A DNA stretch of 32,000 nt, taken from assembly GCA_017643215.1 (NCBI GenBank), contig JAEPNV010000011.1, forward strand, positions 142,313 to 174,312, written 5' to 3'. A program made the translations under genes and the position numbers. The stretch is from Roseibium sp. (GTDB taxonomy: Bacteria; Pseudomonadota; Alphaproteobacteria; Rhizobiales; Stappiaceae). Positions 25,917 to 32,000 of this stretch are shown here, in pieces (the stretch's first letter is position 1; each line of letters opens with the position of its first letter). The notes beneath the pieces were generated by a model. That model was not told where the DNA came from. It did not search any database and saw only the letters and a program-made list of their open reading frames with translations.

Positions 25917-26825
25917 ATGTTGAAGAAACTCTTGCTTGCGACCGCAGCGGTGACCGCCGTTGTGTCCGTTTCGCTCAGCGCTCAGGCGCAGGACGAATTC
26001 CGGATTGGCATTCTCGGCGGCGAGAACGAGGCCGACCGTCTGCGGAATTTCCAGTGCATGGTTGACAAACTGCCCGCTGCGATCGGTGTCGAGGAAGTCA
26101 AGCTGTTCCCGGCCGCCGACTATGACGGCGTGATCCAGGGCCTCCTTGGCGGCACGCTGGACTATGCCGAGCTCGGCGCGTCGGCCTACGCCAAGGTCTA
26201 CCTGACCGATCCGGACGCGATCGACCCGGTCCTGACGACGGTCCAGACCGACGGGGCAACCGGCTATTACTCCATCATGCTCGCCCGCAAGGATTCTGAG
26301 ATCAATTCCCTGGCCGACATGAAGGGCAAGAAGCTCGGCTTTGCCGATCCGGATTCCACCTCCGGCTTCCTGGTTCCGTCCGTCGCCCTGCCGGCCCAGC
26401 TCGGCACGACGCTGGAGACCTATTTCAGCGAAACCGGCTTCGGCGGCGGTCATGAAAACCTGATCCTCGAAGTGCTGAAGGGCACCTTTGACGCCGGCAC
26501 CACATGGTCCTCCGGTGTTGGCGACTATGCCGACGGCTACACCTCCGGCAACATCCGCAAGATGGTCGACAAGGGTCTTCTCGACATGGATGACGTTGTC
26601 GAGGTCTGGCGCTCGCCGTTGATCCCGAACGGGCCGATCGTCGTCTCCAACCAGCTCGACCAGGGCATTCGCGGCAAATTCATCGACTTCATGAAGGCGC
26701 TGCCGGAAACGGACCGCGACTGTTTCATGGCCATCCAGGGCGGTGACTTCAAGGCGTTCACCGACGTCGACCATTCCTTCTACGAGACGATCGTGGCGGC
26801 CCGGAAGGCCAAGATCGGCTCGTAA
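25917..26825 (+). CDS. phnD: Phosphonate ABC transporter substrate-binding protein PhnD
   Basis: The ATG at 25917 lies 6 nt after AGGAG. It has the signal peptide MLKKLLLATAAVTAVVSVSLSAQAQ and the PhnD-like motif GFADPDSTSGFLVP. Confidence 0.9.
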   Translation: MLKKLLLATAAVTAVVSVSLSAQAQDEFRIGILGGENEADRLRNFQCMVDKLPAAIGVEEVKLFPAADYDGVIQGLLGGTLDYAELGASAYAKVYLTDPDAIDPVLTTVQTDGATGYYSIMLARKDSEINSLADMKGKKLGFADPDSTSGFLVPSVALPAQLGTTLETYFSETGFGGGHENLILEVLKGTFDAGTTWSSGVGDYADGYTSGNIRKMVDKGLLDMDDVVEVWRSPLIPNGPIVVSNQLDQGIRGKFIDFMKALPETDRDCFMAIQGGDFKAFTDVDHSFYETIVAARKAKIGS

Positions 26826-26851
26826 ATCCAAATCAGGCGCCGGCCTGTCCC

Positions 26852-26882
26852 TGCGCCCCCGCAACACCGGGGGCGCATTTTT
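26852..26882 (+). terminator. Rho-independent terminator/attenuator between phnD and phnE
   Basis: Perfect 10-bp stem TGCGCCCCCG (26852-26861) / CGGGGGCGCA (26868-26877) with a 6-nt loop, followed by TTTTT (26878-26882). Confidence 0.75.
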
Positions 26883-26903
26883 GCGCGGTGATGGCAATCC
26901 TCA

Positions 26904-27878
26904 ATGACAAGCACAGACATCCACTCCCCGCTCGCCTATACGGGCGGCGATGGCCGATACGACATCGACCGCCATTACTGCGACCTGCGCCGCCAGCGGC
27001 GGCTCTACACGTTCATCGGCGTCGGCGCGATCCTGGTCGCCCTGTTCTTTTCGTTGTGGTTTGCCAACGAAACCAATGCCGGCAAGTTCTTTGACCGGCT
27101 TCCGCATTTTTTTGATTTCGTCGGTGACCTGATGCCCCGCGATGGCTGGGAAGTGTGGCGGGCCCTGTTCGATCTTTCGAGCCCCTATTACGACGGGTCG
27201 TTCAAATACGACTATCCGGACGGGCGGGTCTACATCACCGTGAGCCTCTTTGTCCCCGAATACTTTTACAAGATGATCGAGACGCTCAACATCGCGCTGC
27301 TCTCGACCGCGATCGGCTTCACTTTCGGGTTCCTGCTGTGCTTCCTCGCCGCCACCAACATCACCACGTCAAGGTGGCTGCGGTTCTTCGTCCGCCGGTT
27401 CATGGAGTTTTTGAGGGCCTTCCCAGAGATCGTGATCGCCGGGTTTTTCCTGGCGATATTCTCGCTCGGCCCGGTTCCCGCCATCATCGCCGTTGCCATC
27501 CACACGATCGGTGCGCTCGGCAAGATGTTCTTCGAAGTGGTCGAAAACGCCGACATGCGGCCGGATGAAGGCCTGAGGGCCGTGGGCGCCAACTGGTTCG
27601 AACGGGTGTGGTTCGGCATCGTGCCCCAGGTCATGCCGAATTTTCTCAGCTACGGCCTGCTGCGTCTGGAAATCAACGTGCGGGCCTCCACCATCATTGG
27701 CGCCGTCGGCGCCGGCGGCATTGGCGAGGTCCTGCGCTTGTCGATCAGCCGCGGGCATGAGGCCAAGACCCTCGCCATCATCGTTCTGCTGTTCTCCACG
27801 ATCGTGTGCGTTGACCAGTTATCGGCGTGGTTGCGCAAGAAAATCGTTGGAAACCAAGCCTTTGAGTTTGGAGCATGA
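26904..27878 (+). CDS. phnE: Phosphonate ABC transporter permease PhnE (copy 1)
   Basis: 324-aa polytopic protein with PhnE/BPD-type permease core segments (ALGKMFFEVVENADMRPDEGLRAVGA, STIIGAVGAGGIG). Confidence 0.9.
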   Translation: MTSTDIHSPLAYTGGDGRYDIDRHYCDLRRQRRLYTFIGVGAILVALFFSLWFANETNAGKFFDRLPHFFDFVGDLMPRDGWEVWRALFDLSSPYYDGSFKYDYPDGRVYITVSLFVPEYFYKMIETLNIALLSTAIGFTFGFLLCFLAATNITTSRWLRFFVRRFMEFLRAFPEIVIAGFFLAIFSLGPVPAIIAVAIHTIGALGKMFFEVVENADMRPDEGLRAVGANWFERVWFGIVPQVMPNFLSYGLLRLEINVRASTIIGAVGAGGIGEVLRLSISRGHEAKTLAIIVLLFSTIVCVDQLSAWLRKKIVGNQAFEFGA

Positions 27879-29479
27879 CCATGGCAAGCCTCGCACGCGA
27901 AGACATTGAAACGATCCGCGCACGGAACCCGGAGGTGTTTTACCGGCCGTTCTGGAAACGCTTCGCGGCGCCCATCGCGCTTGGCGTCTGCGTCCTTTAT
28001 ACGATCTATTGCTTCTGGTTCTTTTCCATCGGCAAGGTGTTTGTCGAAGGCAACTGGAACATTGCCGGCGATTACCTAGCGGATTGGGTCTCCTACGAGG
28101 TCCGGCCCGACATCGACTACCGGACCGGCGAGATCAAGGTCGAATGGCCGCGTTTCTCCCCGCTTGGCGATGATCCTGAGCCCTATTGGCTCGACACCGA
28201 ACGCGGTCTTGTGACTGTTGTCACGGAAACAGCCGCCGCACCTGCGGCACCGTCCAACGACCCCGGCACAGACAGCATCATGGCGCCGGACACGCCCGCG
28301 GCTGACGTGCCGGTCACCGGCCAGAACGTGCTGGAAAGTGCCGGCGCGGCCGGGTTTTCGTTCATGTCCCCCAATTCCGCCGCAACCAGCGCCGGCACAT
28401 CGGCGGCCGGGTCGGCACAGATTCAGACCACGACCGAGACCCGTGAGGGCATCAACCGGGTTGTTGCCCGCATATCCGCCGGGTCCGAGATGATCGTCAC
28501 ACCCGACCTGGTGATCGTTTCCCATCAAGGCGCGGCGATTGAGGTCGCGGTCGACCCCCAAACCAACACCGTCACACCGCTGACACCACTGCCGCCGCCA
28601 TGGGCGCTCCAAAAGACCGAGGGCGCGAAGGTGTTCCTCGACTTCGGATTTGCCGGCCGCGCGGAAATCCGCGCCAAAGAGACGAAGATCTACAAGCGTT
28701 ATCTCGGCTGGGAGAACTTTGTTTTCGACACCCGTTCGCCCTATTGGGGCAAGTCCTTTGGCGAAGTCGCCATGCTCTTGATCTTTGGCCCGCGCCTGGA
28801 GGAAGGCCGCAGCAACTGGGCGATCCTGGCGGACAACATCATCAACAATGCCGATTGGCAGCATGGTGACGTGTGGATCAAGTTGCTCCAGACCATCGTC
28901 ATGGCCTTTGTCGGCACCTTGTTCGCCTGTCTGGTGGCGTTTCCGCTGTCGTTCCTGGCCGCGCGCAACATCACGCCGAACCGGATCGTCAATCAGGTCC
29001 TCAAACGGTTTTTCGACTTCCTGAGATCGGTCGACATGCTGATCTGGGCACTGTTTTTCACCCGCGCCTTCGGGCCGGGTCCGCTGGCCGGAATTTCGGC
29101 GATCTTCTTCACCGACACCGGCACGTTCGGCAAACTCTATGCCGAAGCGCTGGAAAACATCGACGACAAGCAGCGCGAGGGCGTGCGCTCGGTCGGCGCT
29201 CATCCGGCGCAGGTGCAGCGCTATGGCGTCGTGCCGCAGGTTTTGCCGGTCTTTGCCTCACAAGCGCTGTATTTTTGGGAATCCAATACCAGGTCCGCGA
29301 CGATCATCGGCGCTGTCGGCGCGGGCGGCATCGGACTGAAACTGTGGGAAGCCATGCGCACGGGTCAGGATTGGGAAAACGTCGCTTATATGGTGCTTCT
29401 GATCCTTATCGTCGTGTTCCTGTTCGACGGCATTTCGAACATGTTGCGGAGCCGTTTGATTGGCCGTAGAGCAACGTAG
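27875..29479 (+). CDS. phnE: Phosphonate ABC transporter permease PhnE (copy 2) with long N-terminal extension
   Basis: 534-aa ORF with ATGA overlap with copy 1. The C-terminal ~200 aa parallel copy 1 (TFGKLYAEALENIDDKQREGVRSVGA, ATIIGAVGAGGIG). The N-terminal ~330 aa comprise one TM segment plus a large, partly low-complexity domain. Confidence 0.85.
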   Translation: MTMASLAREDIETIRARNPEVFYRPFWKRFAAPIALGVCVLYTIYCFWFFSIGKVFVEGNWNIAGDYLADWVSYEVRPDIDYRTGEIKVEWPRFSPLGDDPEPYWLDTERGLVTVVTETAAAPAAPSNDPGTDSIMAPDTPAADVPVTGQNVLESAGAAGFSFMSPNSAATSAGTSAAGSAQIQTTTETREGINRVVARISAGSEMIVTPDLVIVSHQGAAIEVAVDPQTNTVTPLTPLPPPWALQKTEGAKVFLDFGFAGRAEIRAKETKIYKRYLGWENFVFDTRSPYWGKSFGEVAMLLIFGPRLEEGRSNWAILADNIINNADWQHGDVWIKLLQTIVMAFVGTLFACLVAFPLSFLAARNITPNRIVNQVLKRFFDFLRSVDMLIWALFFTRAFGPGPLAGISAIFFTDTGTFGKLYAEALENIDDKQREGVRSVGAHPAQVQRYGVVPQVLPVFASQALYFWESNTRSATIIGAVGAGGIGLKLWEAMRTGQDWENVAYMVLLILIVVFLFDGISNMLRSRLIGRRAT

Positions 29480-29485
29480 GATCCT

Positions 29486-29504
29486 GATCGGCGGCGCGCC
29501 GATC
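29486..29504 (+). other. GC hairpin just after the phnE2 stop
   Basis: GATCGGC (29486-29492), loop GGCGC, GCCGATC (29498-29504). There is no U-tract, so terminator activity is uncertain. Confidence 0.3.
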
Positions 29505-29639
29505 GCACCAAACAGCCGGCCACCGTACGGCCGGTCCGGCACTTGATTGCAAGACGCCGAACGCATAGCCATTGCGCCCGTTTTTCGCGTACATGTCACA
29601 AGAATCGCCCATGATGGCCGCCTCAACGAAAGCCTGACA

Positions 29640-30788
29640 ATGACCACCCAGGAAACCATACTGAAAAACGCCCGGCTTGTTCTGGAGAACGAGGTCGTGG
29701 AGGGCGATATCGTCATCCGGAACGGCCAGATCGCGGACCTGGGGACAGGCCTTAAGCCCGCGTCCGGCGAGGACATGGAGGGCGACTATCTCCTTCCCGG
29801 TCTCATCGAACTCCACACCGATCACCTGGAACAGCATTATTCGCCGCGCCCAGGCGTCACCTGGAACCTGACCGCGGCCATCCAGGCCCATGACGCGCAG
29901 GTCACGGCCTCCGGAATCACCACCGTGTTCGATTGCCTGCGCCTTGGCGCGGATGAGGACGGCGGTTTTGAAAAGGGCGAGATGCGGGCCATGTCCTCCG
30001 CCATTCGCACGGCCCAGGAGCATGGCCGGCTGCGCGCCGAGCACCGGATCCACCTGCGCTGCGAAGTGTCCGCCCCGGATGTTTTGGACCATTTCGCCGA
30101 ATTTGCCGACGACGAGGCGGTTGGGCTGATGTCCTTGATGGACCACGCGCCCGGCCAGCGCCAATTCCAGACGATGGATCAGTACGAACTCTACTATAAG
30201 GTCAAGCGCGGCCTGTCGGATACCGAGTTCAAGGATTTCGTCGCCCGGCGGCAGGCGCAGTCGGAGCGGTATGCCGATACGCACCGGCGCGCCCTGGTTG
30301 ACCTTGCGCACGAGCGGGGCATTGCGCTTGCAAGCCATGACGATGCCACCGAGGAACACGTGGAAGAGGCCAGGTCGTTCGGCGTCCGCGTGGCGGAATT
30401 CCCGACCAGCATGGTGGCGGCAAGAGCGTCCCATGATGCGGGCATGGGGGTGTTGATGGGCGCCCCGAACGTGGTGCGCGGCAAATCGCACTCCGGCAAC
30501 ATCGCCGCGCGTGATCTGGCCGAAGCCGGGGTTCTGGACGTTTTGTCGTCGGACTATGTGCCGTTCAGCCTGATTTATGCGCCCTTCATTCTGACCGACC
30601 AGTTTGAAGATATCGGCCTTGCCGATGCAATCCGACTAGTGACCGCCAATCCGGCCCGTCAGGTCGGGTTGGACGACCGGGGGCGGATCGAGCCGGGCTT
30701 GCGCGCCGATCTCGTCCGTGTCCGCGGCGATCAAAACAATGTCCCGGTCGTGCGCACCGTGTGGCGGGACGGGCGGCGTGTCGCTTGA
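29640..30788 (+). CDS. phnM: Alpha-D-ribose 1-methylphosphonate 5-triphosphate diphosphatase PhnM
   Basis: The ATG at 29640 gives MTTQETILKNARLVLENEVVEGDIVIRNGQI. It has the amidohydrolase motif GLIELHTDHLE and SHDDAT. The track's start at 29547 adds a non-conserved extension. Confidence 0.9.
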   Translation: MTTQETILKNARLVLENEVVEGDIVIRNGQIADLGTGLKPASGEDMEGDYLLPGLIELHTDHLEQHYSPRPGVTWNLTAAIQAHDAQVTASGITTVFDCLRLGADEDGGFEKGEMRAMSSAIRTAQEHGRLRAEHRIHLRCEVSAPDVLDHFAEFADDEAVGLMSLMDHAPGQRQFQTMDQYELYYKVKRGLSDTEFKDFVARRQAQSERYADTHRRALVDLAHERGIALASHDDATEEHVEEARSFGVRVAEFPTSMVAARASHDAGMGVLMGAPNVVRGKSHSGNIAARDLAEAGVLDVLSSDYVPFSLIYAPFILTDQFEDIGLADAIRLVTANPARQVGLDDRGRIEPGLRADLVRVRGDQNNVPVVRTVWRDGRRVA

Positions 30789-30831
30789 GTTTCCAAATCC
30801 GCACACGCAACCCGGGCAGGCTTTGGCGGAT

Positions 30832-31380
30832 ATGGGCGGCAAGCTGATCGTGATTGTCGGCCCGAGCGGCGCCGGCAAGGACACCCTGATCGATTGGTTG
30901 CGCGGTCATGTCGATCCGGCGAGCCCGATCCAGTTCGTCCGCCGGACGATCACCCGGCCCGCCGAAAGCGGCGGCGAGACGCATGACGGGGTTTCCCCCG
31001 CCGGATTCGAGCGACTAAAGGCGGACGGGGCATTTTGCGTGACCTGGCAGGCGCATGGGCTGTCCTATGGCGTGCCGGTATCTGCGCTGGAGGCCGTATG
31101 CGCGGGAAACGTGGCGGTTGTCAACGGCTCGCGCCACGCCCTCGATGCAATCCGGGAGGTGTTTCCCGCCGTTCATATCGTCTGGCTGACCGTTGATTCC
31201 ACCGAACTTGCGCGGCGGCTGGTTCTGCGCGGGCGCGAAAGCGAAGATGAAATCGCGCAGCGTCTAGCACGGGGCGGTAATGGCATGCCGCAAGGCCCGG
31301 ACGTGACCGTGATCGACAATAGCGGTCCTGTCGAACACGCGGGCGCGGCCCTGCTGCGCCTGATCGAAGACGGGTGGTGA
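30832..31380 (+). CDS. phnN: Ribose 1,5-bisphosphate phosphokinase PhnN
   Basis: MGGKLIVIVGPSGAGKDTLIDWL is a guanylate-kinase-like P-loop placed at the N-terminus as in PhnN. A GTG at 30778, overlapping the phnM 3' end, is an alternative start. Confidence 0.85.
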   Translation: MGGKLIVIVGPSGAGKDTLIDWLRGHVDPASPIQFVRRTITRPAESGGETHDGVSPAGFERLKADGAFCVTWQAHGLSYGVPVSALEAVCAGNVAVVNGSRHALDAIREVFPAVHIVWLTVDSTELARRLVLRGRESEDEIAQRLARGGNGMPQGPDVTVIDNSGPVEHAGAALLRLIEDGW

Positions 31381-31811
31381 ACAGCCTGCCGGGAAGGCAC
31401 GTGCTGGTCGTCGAAGGCTTGGCATCAGACCCCGATGACGTCGGGACACTGACAGCGATCAGACCCTTTATCTCACCTTAAGTGCGAAATGGGCCGGCGC
31501 TTTTGGTCTGAAACTGACGTGCCTGCCGCTTTGGGATCCAGCGCAATTGCCTGCACCGGCGCGCTTCACTCTGGCGAACCCACACCAAAATACGGCGCCC
31601 CGTGGACCCTATTTCCGGGCTTGATCGCCGTGTCATTTCGGATATTGTATCCAAAATACGATCACAAGGTAAGGCCAGCATCTGCGGCGGCTGACCCGGA
31701 ATGTGCGATGCAGTCGGCCATGAACTTCGCACCAAAGCGCAACGCTGTTCAACGACCATGGACGCTCACTCGAAGTCCACGACATGCCGGGAGGCGAGTT
31801 GAAGAACCGAC

Positions 31812-32000
31812 ATGAAACCGAATGTCTTTGACGGAACAATCCCGGCGCTACTCACGCCCTGCACGTCCGACCGCACGCCAGACTATGATGCCCTTGTCCA
31901 GAAGGGCAAAGAACTCATCGATGCCGGAATGTCGGCCGTTGTGTATTGCGGGTCCTGCGGCGACTGGCCCTTGCTGACCGATGCGGAGCGGATGGAGGGG
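31812..32000 (+). CDS. Dihydrodipicolinate synthase (DapA/NAL) family protein, 5' part truncated by the window edge
   Basis: The ATG at 31812 opens a frame that runs to the window end: MKPNVFDGTIPALLTPCTSDRTPDYDALVQKGKELIDAGMSAVVYCGSCGDWPLLTDAERMEG. This is the DapA-family N-terminal layout. It is absent from the ORF track because it has no stop within the window. Confidence 0.65.
   Translation, partial: MKPNVFDGTIPALLTPCTSDRTPDYDALVQKGKELIDAGMSAVVYCGSCGDWPLLTDAERMEG

Noticed and set aside
24864-26897. 677-aa ORF on the minus strand
   Set aside because: It is antisense to phnC and phnD, both of which have clear motifs, RBSs and a signal peptide. It is a shadow ORF.
19804-30491. Several long minus-strand ORFs across the phn genes (19804-20811, 21954-22769, 22922-23512, 23841-24737, 28076-29203, 29406-30491)
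   Set aside because: All lie opposite confidently identified phn genes and have Arg/Gly/His-rich low-complexity translations.
31478-31815. 93-aa and 108-aa ORFs in the phnN/dapA-like gap
   Set aside because: They overlap each other on opposite strands, are Arg/Pro/Ser-rich and have no start signals or family resemblance.
1-32000. Search by eye for tRNA/rRNA genes, CRISPR arrays, IS elements, integrases and known defence-system hallmarks
   Set aside because: No T-loop or anticodon-arm-like tRNA signatures lie outside coding regions. No regularly spaced direct repeats were seen, and no transposase- or integrase-like ORFs. The only TA-type element is the decayed hicAB.

Overview
This is a high-GC chromosomal window whose gene content and repeat types look alphaproteobacterial (an inference, not verified). 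It has three parts.

(1) 1-11.8 kb, mixed accessory metabolism:
- a HicA/HicB toxin-antitoxin pair whose hicA is frameshifted
- a FadD-like acyl-CoA ligase tightly coupled to a BASS-family transporter
- a 1.4-kb gene-less spacer filled with REP-like palindromes
- an MFS transporter
- a SprA-related HExxH protein
- a creatininase-family protein
- an SDR and a ~790-aa E1/transketolase-like thiamine enzyme

(2) 11.9-18.8 kb, a small mosaic islet:
- a truncated, frameshifted DUF5996 remnant
- an 86-aa plus 332-aa gene pair that I recognise, from memory of the family pattern, as the head-spike base and fibre proteins of the Rhodobacter capsulatus gene transfer agent (rcc01079/rcc01080, ghsA/ghsB-like)
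- a Wzy/O-antigen-ligase-like membrane protein
- a UDP-glucuronate decarboxylase
- an ExoP/Wzc-like tyrosine autokinase
- conspicuously AT-rich spacers between some of these genes

(3) 18.8-31.4 kb, a complete C-P lyase phosphonate locus: phnF divergent from phnGHIJKL-hexapeptide transferase-phnCDEE-phnMN. The phnF/phnG spacer carries a textbook Pho box and a 7-6-7 palindromic operator. A strong hairpin terminator sits between phnD and phnE.

The window ends with the 5' part of a DapA-family gene. I found no rRNA, tRNA, CRISPR array, transposase or integrase. I do not see convincing evidence for a wholly new multi-gene system. The best candidate for a second look is the orphan GTA head-spike-like module embedded next to capsule/EPS genes. 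Many long ORFs in the supplied track are antisense shadow ORFs typical of high-GC DNA and were rejected.
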